From assembly GCA_000991245.1 (NCBI GenBank), contig LBRD01000005.1, positions 10,944 to 74,943 on the forward strand: a stretch of DNA of 64,000 nucleotides, in the 5' to 3' direction. The number at the start of each line of letters is the position of its first letter. Position 1 is the first letter of the stretch. The notes under the pieces are model-generated. The model did not search any database, had not been told where the DNA came from, and worked only from the letters and a program-made list of their open reading frames with translations. The translations under genes and the position numbers were made by a program. Below are positions 17,218-24,855 of this stretch, piece after piece. The stretch comes from Parcubacteria group bacterium GW2011_GWC1_36_108. Lineage in GTDB: Bacteria; Patescibacteriota; Minisyncoccia; Moranbacterales; GWC2-37-73.

Positions 17218-17778
17218 CTATTCGACCACCACTCTTGCTGCACGAATAACTTTTTCTCCAATCTTATATCCCTTAGTTAAAACTTTTTTAATCTTGTTTT
17301 TATATTTGTGATCAACTTTGCAATCCACACATTCATGATCTTCAATTGCTTCGTGATAAATTGGATCAAAATTATCTCCAACCTTCACTTCAATTTCCTC
17401 AACCCCATTTTCGGTCACAATATTTTCCAATTGTTTTTGAATATACATAATTCCAGTTACCCAAGAATTTTCTTTTTGATCTTCCGGGATATGATCAGTC
17501 GAAGCATGAAAATTATCAATTACTGGCAGAATTTCTAAAATGATACTTTGCATTGCATATTTGATTAAATCTTTTTGCGACTCCGCACTTCTTTTTTTGT
17601 AATTTTCAAAGTCAGCTTGGCAACGCTGCCATCCTTCCAAGTTTTCATTTGCTTTTTTCTTTATCTCAGCAAATTCATCCATGGCCTCATCAAGAGAAAT
17701 ATTTTCCTCAACAGATTCTACATTTTTGAGATCAATAATTTCCTCTTTTTCTTTCTTTTTTTTGTGTTCTTTTGACAT
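17218..17778 (-). CDS. grpE: nucleotide exchange factor GrpE
   Basis: 186 aa; GrpE coiled-coil plus C-terminal beta domain (ILPVIDNF...VLTKGYKIGEKVIRAARV). Confidence 0.9.
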   Translation of the reverse strand: MSKEHKKKKEKEEIIDLKNVESVEENISLDEAMDEFAEIKKKANENLEGWQRCQADFENYKKRSAESQKDLIKYAMQSIILEILPVIDNFHASTDHIPEDQKENSWVTGIMYIQKQLENIVTENGVEEIEVKVGDNFDPIYHEAIEDHECVDCKVDHKYKNKIKKVLTKGYKIGEKVIRAARVVVE

Positions 17779-17783
17779 AGGTT

Positions 17784-18527
17784 TTAAAAAATATTTACCA
17801 TTATTATTACTACCATTGATGCTCCTAAAAGTTTCTTGACGTATTCAATCATTGATTTATTTTTTGCATATTCCATTCTTTTAGGACCAATGAGTGCCAG
17901 GATTCCTTTTTCACCAGAGCTCAATCTGTATGGCGATACAATCATTGAACAATTCGCTGTGCCATCAATTGGATTTTCTTTACCGATAAAAATTCTTGTT
18001 TCTCCTTCTTTAATATTCTTTGTGAGTTGATCAAATTTTTCATCAACATAATCCAACATTTCAACTAAACGGCACATTTCATCCAATTCCTTAAATTCAG
18101 GCTCTTCCATCAATTCTCGCATTCCAAAATCTGAAAAATCATCCTTCTCAACCATTCCACTAATAGCAAAGTTTCCACTCACGTGAGAAAGCAATTTTGC
18201 AGTTGTGCGAGTTAAGCGAGTGTTCTGCGCTTTTAATTTCAAAAACTCTCTTTGCATTTTTTGTTGATCCTCTTTTGAAAGCTCTTTGTCCTTCATCACT
18301 TCTTCCACAAAATATCGATAACCCTTGTCAGTTGGAATTCTGCCAGCGCTGATATGCGGTTGATACAGATATCCATCTTCTTCCAGCGCAGTCATATCAT
18401 TTCGTATTGTTGCTGGACTAACTTTAAACTTATATTTTTGAGCCAAAATACTACTACCAACCGGAATAGCGGTTTGAGTATATTCTTCAATCACAGCTGA
18501 TAATATTTTTTCTTGTCTTGGATTCAT
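17784..18527 (-). CDS. hrcA: heat-inducible transcription repressor HrcA (short form, 247 aa)
   Basis: N-terminal winged helix RQEKILSAVIEEYTQTAIPVGSSILAQKY; CIRCE lies directly upstream. Confidence 0.85.
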   Translation of the reverse strand: MNPRQEKILSAVIEEYTQTAIPVGSSILAQKYKFKVSPATIRNDMTALEEDGYLYQPHISAGRIPTDKGYRYFVEEVMKDKELSKEDQQKMQREFLKLKAQNTRLTRTTAKLLSHVSGNFAISGMVEKDDFSDFGMRELMEEPEFKELDEMCRLVEMLDYVDEKFDQLTKNIKEGETRIFIGKENPIDGTANCSMIVSPYRLSSGEKGILALIGPKRMEYAKNKSMIEYVKKLLGASMVVIIMVNIF

Positions 18528-18533
18528 ATAAAA

Positions 18534-18572
18534 TAGTTTATAAAGTTATAAAGTTTATAAAGTTTTTAAAGC
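18534..18572. repeat. tandem repeat (TTTATAAAG)x4 in the hrcA promoter region
   Basis: gtttataaagttataaagtttataaagtttttaaag. Confidence 0.5.
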
Positions 18573-18651
18573 AATACGAGCCCAAACATTACTTTATAAA
18601 CTTTTAACTTTATGAACCTTAAGAACTTATGCATTCATTATAATCCATCCG

Positions 18652-18678
18652 TTAGCAGTCGTCAAGTCCGAGTGCTAA
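18652..18678. promoter_or_regulatory. CIRCE (HrcA operator) upstream of hrcA
   Basis: TTAGCAGTC-N9-GAGTGCTAA, 125 nt upstream of the hrcA ATG. Confidence 0.75.
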
Positions 18679-18704
18679 TTTTTAAAATAATCTATTTTTG
18701 ACAT

Positions 18705-18742
18705 AGAAAAAAGCCCCGATTCTCAGATGAGAATCGGGGCTC
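18705..18742 (-). terminator. strong rho-independent terminator closing the yidD/sORF operon
   Basis: On the minus strand: gccccgattctcatctgagaatcggggc followed by ttttttc. Confidence 0.65.
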
Positions 18743-18764
18743 CTATTATTACAAGAGATAATTG

Positions 18765-18959
18765 TTATTTACAGCGGACACAAATTCCACTGCCGGCACA
18801 ATCATGATTTCTTGTTTTGCCAGGAATCGCCCTGACAAGTAAATCGTGATTAGGACGCCCCTTCCCCTGAAAAACAAGGGCGGAAAGAAAAAGTCCCCTT
18901 GAAAAAACAACCACTTTGTTACCAACGAATACAGACGGCATTGAAACTTGTGTACTCAT
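18765..18959 (-). CDS. small Cys-containing hypothetical protein (sORF-1, 64 aa)
   Basis: GGAGG SD 6 nt upstream of ATG; C-terminal HDCAGSGICVRCK; GC-rich island. Confidence 0.45.
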   Translation of the reverse strand: MSTQVSMPSVFVGNKVVVFSRGLFLSALVFQGKGRPNHDLLVRAIPGKTRNHDCAGSGICVRCK

Positions 18960-19013
18960 AGTCTGCCTCCAAGCAACGAGATCAGCGCATTGCGCTGTAA
19001 AAAACTTTTAAAA

Positions 19014-19127
19014 TCAATCCTTCTCTCTGAACGAATCTGTATTGTCGGCAGGCACACCTCTTCTACAAATATCTTGTATGCAAAGAGCGCCATATGTAAC
19101 AACACAAACTCTGATACGTTTTTTCAT
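19014..19127 (-). CDS. small Cys-containing hypothetical peptide (sORF-2, 37 aa; not in the ORF track)
   Basis: AGGAGG SD upstream; MKKRIRVCVVTYGALCIQDICRRGVPADNTDSFREKD. Confidence 0.4.
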   Translation of the reverse strand: MKKRIRVCVVTYGALCIQDICRRGVPADNTDSFREKD

Positions 19128-19143
19128 TCTTTTTCCTCCTTTT

Positions 19144-19329
19144 TTAAGTTAACAGCTCAACCGATGCTGTTGCACCCAGAACAAAAGGTTCTTCTTCAGA
19201 AGATCTTGGAATTTCCTCGCCAACAGTTAGTTGATGAGAACATTCAACAATATCTATATTGTTAGAACTTTCTTCGCACAGCTGTTTTGTAAGAGTATTA
19301 TGACACACGTAGGTATTCCCTCCTTTCAT
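19144..19329 (-). CDS. small Cys/His-containing acidic hypothetical protein (sORF-3)
   Basis: AGGAGGG lies 9 nt upstream of an internal GTG at 19308, so the true start is probably that GTG (VCHNTLTKQLCEESS...); C-terminus is Glu-rich. Confidence 0.45.
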   Translation of the reverse strand: MKGGNTYVCHNTLTKQLCEESSNNIDIVECSHQLTVGEEIPRSSEEEPFVLGATASVELLT

Positions 19330-19336
19330 TTTTTAT

Positions 19337-19474
19337 TTAGTACTCGAGCAGGGAAAACAAGAAAGTAAAGAAACCTGGATTTCGATCTTTATCCTCATCC
19401 ACAATATCCCGCGTTACCTTCCTAAATTCCTTATCATCATAAACACCAGCGCAACCTCCTGATGACACACACAT
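19337..19474 (-). CDS. small hypothetical peptide (sORF-4, 45 aa; not in the ORF track)
   Basis: GGAGGT SD 7 nt upstream; MCVSSGGCAGVYDDKEFRKVTRDIVDEDKDRNPGFFTFLFSLLEY. Confidence 0.4.
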   Translation of the reverse strand: MCVSSGGCAGVYDDKEFRKVTRDIVDEDKDRNPGFFTFLFSLLEY

Positions 19475-19554
19475 TCTCACACCTCCATTTTCAAATTTTT
19501 AAGTCTACTATATTATATCTAAAATTCCCAATTTCGTATTTAATGTTCCAAGCT

Positions 19555-19809
19555 CTATGCTCCATGTTTCGTGTCTTTCGGAACTGGATCATATCCACCA
19601 TCATTCCAAGGATGACAACGCACAAATCTCTTTATTCCCAGCCACATTCCTTTCAAAATACCAAATCTTTCCACAGCCTGATATGTATAATGACTGCAGG
19701 ATGGATGAAAACGACAAATTCTACCTCCCCAAAACCAAGAAGGAATGCCGTGATCAAGCGAAAAAACCTTCTGATAAATCAATATTAAAAATAATATAAC
19801 TTTTTTCAT
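19555..19809 (-). CDS. yidD: membrane protein insertion efficiency factor YidD
   Basis: 84 aa; [46 protein letters not shown] matches the YidD/PF01809 signature. Confidence 0.8.
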   Translation of the reverse strand: MKKVILFLILIYQKVFSLDHGIPSWFWGGRICRFHPSCSHYTYQAVERFGILKGMWLGIKRFVRCHPWNDGGYDPVPKDTKHGA

Positions 19810-19818
19810 TTATTTGCA

Positions 19819-19847
19819 ATACTACACCATAAAATGACTTTTGTCAA
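19819..19847 (-). promoter_or_regulatory. sigma70-type promoter for yidD plus the four sORFs
   Basis: TTGACA-17 nt-TAGTAT on the minus strand. Confidence 0.5.
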
Positions 19848-19973
19848 TATTGTAAGCCATTCTAGAAACTGGACAAAAATCTTATAATATCCTATGCTAT
19901 CAAAAAATGTTTTTATTGTTCTTTACACGGGTATTTATAATATAGTGCAACTCAAATTCAAAAGGAGATTATC

Positions 19974-20456
19974 ATGAAAAAAATTATTGGAGTAGGGCTA
20001 CTTCTTTTTACCTCTATTAAGGGTATTCCAAAAATGTACACTGTCGAAGAGTTAAAAGCAAAACCTTCTATATTTAAGGAGGTTGGGATGATAGGACCTC
20101 CCTTCGAAACTATGGAAGAAAAAGACGACGACAACATCGAAACAACAATAACCAGATTGATTCGAGAAGAAACGCCATTTTCTATTAGTGAAATTCGCCT
20201 TCATGAGATAATTTCCGAAGATTTTAACCTCATACCAAAAAGACCGGACATTTTCACTCGTTATGCGTATGCTTCACTAAAAAGTGATCCACCAAAAGAA
20301 ATCTTGGAGTTGCCAGATATTGACATTAGTTTTGCTGGTTGGCATCCACTTTGCGAAATGTATGACAAATTTACCAGAGTTGAAACGCTGCCTATTCTGA
20401 ATCATTTCAAAAGAAACTCACACTATGCAAAATTATGCCATCTCATTTTGTCATAA
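19974..20456 (+). CDS. hypothetical secreted protein
   Basis: 160 aa; AAGGAG SD; N-terminal hydrophobic signal-like segment. Confidence 0.55.
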   Translation: MKKIIGVGLLLFTSIKGIPKMYTVEELKAKPSIFKEVGMIGPPFETMEEKDDDNIETTITRLIREETPFSISEIRLHEIISEDFNLIPKRPDIFTRYAYASLKSDPPKEILELPDIDISFAGWHPLCEMYDKFTRVETLPILNHFKRNSHYAKLCHLILS

Positions 20457-20484
20457 GTTTTGTCACAACTAGCATAGTAAATCT

Positions 20485-20517
20485 CAAAAAAGCCCTCTTG
20501 ATTCCAAGAGGGTTTTT
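20485..20517. terminator. bidirectional rho-independent terminator
   Basis: aaaaaagccctcttgattccaagagggtttttc. Confidence 0.55.
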
Positions 20518-21323
20518 CATAATATAATCCTTGTGTGAGGAAAATTTTTACCCAACAATATTTTCTCGTAATTTTTCTCATTTAGACCATTGAATATCTC
20601 AACTGATTTTGATCCCTTACCGCAAAGTATGCTAATCTTTTTTATTTTACCCAAAAGACCACCTGTAGCATCAGCATTATGAGATTCTGATAATTTTATG
20701 TTTTTTTTGATATTTTTTAATGAGATATTTTCTACAAGTTCAGCATCGTTATGCAAATAGGGATCTTTAGTAAAAACACCTTCAATATCGGAAGCGAAAA
20801 ACATTTTTTTTATTTTTAATTTATCAGCCAAGTATGGAACAATGGCGTCGCCAGAACATATTGTCATCCCAAGTTTTTTATCAAAAACCATATCTCCATA
20901 CAAAATAGGAATACAATTTTTTTTCAATGATTCCTTGATTGTTAACATATTGAAATCAACAATTTTTTTATTATCATTAATAATAACTGAAGCTGTATGC
21001 ACCGAGGTAATAGGTAACCCCTCAGAAACAAAAATTTCAGTAATAGCATTGTTTAATCGTTGATTGGCATTGCGCGAAAGAAGTGCGCCTTCTATTTTTC
21101 GCTTATCGTTTCCAGTGCCATCCATAAGCGCATATTCTTTTGCCAAGGTATGACCAAAACCACCTGCCCCATGAACAAGCACTAGATCGAAGTCTTTTTC
21201 TTTTTTGGCAAAAATTATAGACTGAGCAACCTTTTTCATGAGAGAATGCCTAACAGAAAAACCTTTTTTGTTTTTGTGGGTTGCAACACTGCCACCAATT
21301 TTAAGTATATATATAGGTTTCAT
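20517..21323 (-). CDS. isopentenyl phosphate kinase / amino-acid-kinase family protein
   Basis: ILKIGGSVATHK...LVHGAGGFGH motifs; start placed at MKPIYILKIGGS. Confidence 0.7.
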   Translation of the reverse strand: MKPIYILKIGGSVATHKNKKGFSVRHSLMKKVAQSIIFAKKEKDFDLVLVHGAGGFGHTLAKEYALMDGTGNDKRKIEGALLSRNANQRLNNAITEIFVSEGLPITSVHTASVIINDNKKIVDFNMLTIKESLKKNCIPILYGDMVFDKKLGMTICSGDAIVPYLADKLKIKKMFFASDIEGVFTKDPYLHNDAELVENISLKNIKKNIKLSESHNADATGGLLGKIKKISILCGKGSKSVEIFNGLNEKNYEKILLGKNFPHTRIIL

Positions 21324-21445
21324 AATTTTATGCGCAATCAAATGATATGATAATACTCATTTTCCCTCCTTTTGTCAATATTCAAAATATGGTTTATAAT
21401 TATATTGTTACGTGGTAAACTATTGAAAAATAAAAAGAAAAAATA

Positions 21446-22354
21446 ATGAAAACTGTTGAATTTAAAAATATCACTTGGATTGACTTTGTTGATCCGGGAG
21501 CAGACGATGTTGTGTATCTGCAGGAAAATTTCGATATCCACCCGCTGGCGATTGAAGAGTTTGTCACTCCGACATATCGTCCGAAAGCTACGCAATATGA
21601 AAATTGCATTTTTCTTACAATTCACATTCCCCTTTTTAATGTTGAAACACGAACAACTTATCCAGGAGAATTAGACATTGTTCTTACTAAAGATCATTTG
21701 ATAACTGGGCAGACAAAAGAAATTTATCAACTAGATGATTTTTTCACAAAATTAGCCAACAACGAAGGGCAACGTCGTTTGTATATGAACAAAACTCCCG
21801 CTCATCTTTTGTATAGTATTCTTGAAATGCTTTTGGAATCATGCTTTCCACGCATTGATCATATCCACAGAAAATTGGAACATATTGAAGAGCAGGTTTT
21901 CAATGGGAAAGAAAAGGAAATGGTTTTCGAAATATCCGTCGTAAAACGTGATATTCTTAATTTTCGCCGAACACTCAAACCTCAACGTCATATCATTGAA
22001 TCACTGGCGCAAATGAAATCCCCTTTGATTGCTGCGGAGCTTTCAGCATATTTTCAAGATCTTACAGGTACAAACATCCGTCTTTGGAATGCGCTGGAAT
22101 CAAACAAGGAAACGATTGAGTCTATGGAGGAAACTAATAATTCTCTGCTTTCCAACAAATTGGATTTCACCATGAAAGTGCTTACCGTTTTTTCAGCAGT
22201 TATGATGCCAATGACAGTATATTCAAATATTCTTGCTATGAGCGCTGATATCCCTTTTGGCAAAAGTCCGCATGCATTTGCTATTCATGTCTCTATAATG
22301 CTTTTCATCTCACTTTGCACTATAATCGTATTCAAAAGCAGAAAATGGCTATAG
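21446..22354 (+). CDS. CorA-family divalent cation transporter (canonical GMN motif not evident)
   Basis: 302 aa; N-terminal HPLAIEEF and RPK motifs; two C-terminal TM helices. Confidence 0.6.
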   Translation: MKTVEFKNITWIDFVDPGADDVVYLQENFDIHPLAIEEFVTPTYRPKATQYENCIFLTIHIPLFNVETRTTYPGELDIVLTKDHLITGQTKEIYQLDDFFTKLANNEGQRRLYMNKTPAHLLYSILEMLLESCFPRIDHIHRKLEHIEEQVFNGKEKEMVFEISVVKRDILNFRRTLKPQRHIIESLAQMKSPLIAAELSAYFQDLTGTNIRLWNALESNKETIESMEETNNSLLSNKLDFTMKVLTVFSAVMMPMTVYSNILAMSADIPFGKSPHAFAIHVSIMLFISLCTIIVFKSRKWL

Positions 22355-22358
22355 GGGG

Positions 22359-22814
22359 CAGCTTATTAGGCTTTAGCTTATTAGCTTTTTAGAAAATGCG
22401 AAAATGCATTCGTTAGCTTATTAAGAAATACAACAGCATGATAAATTCATATAAAGATCTCATTGTTTGGCAGAGATCAATGGAGCTTGTTGTTGAAATT
22501 TATAAAGTTACTGAAGAATTTCCAATAGCGGAGTTGTATGGTATCATATCCCAAATGCGCAGAGCTGCGGTCTCGATTCCTAGCAATATAGCAGAAGGAA
22601 GAAAAAGAAGTACGAGAAAAGATTTCAGACAATTTTTAATTATAGCGTACGCCAGCGCTTCTGAATTGGAAACGCAAATTGAAATATCAAAACGCTTAAA
22701 TTTCATTGAAGTTGACAAATATACAAAAACTGATGCACTATTACTTGAGACAATAAAAATGCTAAACAAAATGATTTCCTCCCTAAAAAGCTAACGCCTA
22801 ATAAGCTAAAAAAT
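22359..22814 (+). repeat. F-element copy F1: imperfect 19-bp inverted repeat (cagcttattaggctttagc / gctaacgcctaataagcta) enclosing a four-helix-bundle ORF and abutting the cysS ATG
   Basis: Same arms as the ORF-less hairpins at 24758-24850 and 41521-41600. Confidence 0.55.
22438..22794 (+). CDS. four-helix-bundle protein (23S rRNA intervening-sequence protein family, short variant)
   Basis: 118 aa; IPSNIAEGRKRSTRKDFRQFLIIAYASASELETQIEIS. Confidence 0.8.
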   Translation: MINSYKDLIVWQRSMELVVEIYKVTEEFPIAELYGIISQMRRAAVSIPSNIAEGRKRSTRKDFRQFLIIAYASASELETQIEISKRLNFIEVDKYTKTDALLLETIKMLNKMISSLKS

Positions 22815-24245
22815 ATGTTAAGTCTATACAATACACTATCTAAAACCAAGCAGGAATTCAAGTCATTAAATCCCGGTAAAGTCGGGATGTATACTTGTGG
22901 ACCAACTGTATACAGTTATTTACACATTGGAAATATTCGAGCATATCTATTGTCAGACACCGTGCGAAGATATTTAGAATATATCGGATATGAAGTACGC
23001 CTGATTAAAAATATCACCGATGTTGGACATCTGACCGATGATGACGTTGCTCAAGGAGATTCAGGAGAAGACAAGATGGTTAAAGCTGCCGAGCGTGAGA
23101 AAAAAACTCCCGAAGAAATTGCCAGATTTTATGAAGAATATTTCAAACAAACCGAGAAGGAATTAAACATTATTCCTGCGCATTTTTTTCCACGCGCCAC
23201 TGCGCATGTTCCGCAAATGATTAAGATCATTGAAGGTCTCATTGAAAAAGGATACGCCTATGAAAAAAATGGTAACGTTTTTTTTGATGTCACAAAATTT
23301 GAGGATTACGGAAAACTTTCTGGCAACACCTTGGAAAATTTAAAAATAGGAGCAAGAATAGAAGAACATCCTGACAAAAAAAATGCTTGGGATTTTGCAC
23401 TTTGGATCAAAGCTCCAAAAGAGCATGCGATGAAATGGGAATCTCCTTGGTCAGTTGGATATCCTGGTTGGCATATTGAATGCTCCGCTATGAGCACAGA
23501 ATACCTTGGCAATACAATTGATATTCATACTGGCGGCGAAGATAACATTTTTCCTCATCAAGAAGCTGAAATTGCGCAAACAGAATGTTACACTGGTCAA
23601 AAATTTGTAAATTTTTGGGTTCATACTCGTCACCTACTAATAGATGGCAAAAAAATGAGCAAATCAAAAGGCAATTTGTTCACGCTTGAAGACATCAAAG
23701 AAAAAGGATTTTCTGCAATGGATCTGCGTTTACTGTTTCTCTCTTCTCATTATCGCAGTCAAACAAATTTCTCCTGGGAAGCTCTTGAGCAAGCACATAA
23801 AAATATTCAGAGAATTAATGATTTTGTATTAAATATTGAAGCAATCGCCTCAAGGGATTTAGTCTCACCAAAAACAATCGACACAAAAGCTGTTGTAGAA
23901 AAATTTGAAGCTGCGATGGATGATGATCTCAACACCCCCCTAGCATTAAGTATTTTTTATGGATTTATTTCTGATTGCAACAAACTTCTTGCAATAAACC
24001 ACATAGACAGCAAAAGTGCGCATAGCATTTTAACACTTTGGAAAAAAATAAATTCTGTTTTTGGATTTATACTTTCCGGTCAAGCAGAGATTCCAGAAGA
24101 AATTAAACTCTTAGTCAAGCAGCGCGAAGAGGCTAGAAACGGAAAAGATTTCAAAAAATCGGACGACCTTCGCGCCCTCATCGAAAAACATGGTTTTATT
24201 TTGGAAGATACTAAGGATGGGCAAAAAATTAGACTAGCTAGCTAG
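22815..24245 (+). CDS. cysS: cysteine--tRNA ligase
   Basis: HIGH (LHIGNIRAY), KMSKS, CGPT and zinc-binding motifs. Confidence 0.93.
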   Translation: MLSLYNTLSKTKQEFKSLNPGKVGMYTCGPTVYSYLHIGNIRAYLLSDTVRRYLEYIGYEVRLIKNITDVGHLTDDDVAQGDSGEDKMVKAAEREKKTPEEIARFYEEYFKQTEKELNIIPAHFFPRATAHVPQMIKIIEGLIEKGYAYEKNGNVFFDVTKFEDYGKLSGNTLENLKIGARIEEHPDKKNAWDFALWIKAPKEHAMKWESPWSVGYPGWHIECSAMSTEYLGNTIDIHTGGEDNIFPHQEAEIAQTECYTGQKFVNFWVHTRHLLIDGKKMSKSKGNLFTLEDIKEKGFSAMDLRLLFLSSHYRSQTNFSWEALEQAHKNIQRINDFVLNIEAIASRDLVSPKTIDTKAVVEKFEAAMDDDLNTPLALSIFYGFISDCNKLLAINHIDSKSAHSILTLWKKINSVFGFILSGQAEIPEEIKLLVKQREEARNGKDFKKSDDLRALIEKHGFILEDTKDGQKIRLAS

Positions 24246-24310
24246 GTACTAGGTTTTAGGTTCTAGGTTTTAGATATTGGGTTCTAGGTTCTGGGTTTTA
24301 GGTGTTAGGA
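24245..24310. repeat. 7-bp tandem repeat tract (TAGGTTN)x~9
   Basis: ctaggttttaggttctaggttttagatattgggttctaggttctgggttttaggtgttagga. Confidence 0.6.
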
Positions 24311-24338
24311 AATGCAAGATACTATTTTAGACAAAAAG

Positions 24339-24380
24339 AAAGGCGGGGGTTGCAGTTTATGCATCCCTCGCCTTTTTTAT
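24339..24380 (+). terminator. rho-independent terminator after cysS
   Basis: aggcgggggttgcagtttatgcatccctcgccttttttatttt. Confidence 0.5.
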
Positions 24381-24399
24381 TTTCCAATATCCAAAACAT

Positions 24400-24591
24400 T
24401 TATTCAAGATCATAAAAATCAGACTCGACACCAGCACCAGCGACGCTCAAAGATTGTTCAAAATTTGCAATACATTTTTGCAATTTCTTATTTTCCGTAT
24501 TCAGGAGGGTGTTTTTATCTTTCGAATCAGTTATTTCCTCATCCTTCTGATTTTCTACCTGATTAAGTTTAAAATCTCCAGCTTCTCTGGT
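24400..24591 (-). CDS. small acidic coiled-coil hypothetical protein (64 aa)
   Basis: Start placed at MTREAG with GGGAAGG 7 nt upstream. A promoter-like TAGTATAAATCTATATTAGTA lies further upstream. Confidence 0.4.
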   Translation of the reverse strand, partial: TREAGDFKLNQVENQKDEEITDSKDKNTLLNTENKKLQKCIANFEQSLSVAGAGVESDFYDLE

Positions 24592-24722
24592 CATAATATT
24601 ACCTTCCCTTTCCGGCATTTGCCGTTTAATTTGACAACGAACTACTAATATAGATTTATACTATTTTTTTGCGATTACGTCAAACTGTGCGCAAATCGTG
24701 CACAAATATCCATCTGGGCTGG

Positions 24723-24750
24723 GTTGATTTTACCAACATACTTGCTATAA
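24723..24750 (+). promoter_or_regulatory. sigma70-type promoter for dnaB
   Basis: TTGATT-16 nt-TATAAT. Confidence 0.5.
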
Positions 24751-24757
24751 TAAAAAA

Positions 24758-24850
24758 ACAGCTTATCAGCTTCTTAGGCATTAGCTTTTTAGAAACCTGA
24801 TAAGATATCTTTTTTCTAAAAAGCTAAGAAGCTAAAAGCCTAACGCCTAC
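24758..24850 (+). repeat. F-element copy F2: long imperfect hairpin in the dnaB leader with no ORF in its loop
   Basis: cagcttatcagcttcttaggcattagctttttagaaa - cctgataagatatcttt - tttctaaaaagctaagaagctaaaagcctaacgcctacc, then ATG 6 nt later. Confidence 0.55.
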
Positions 24851-24855
24851 CCCTT

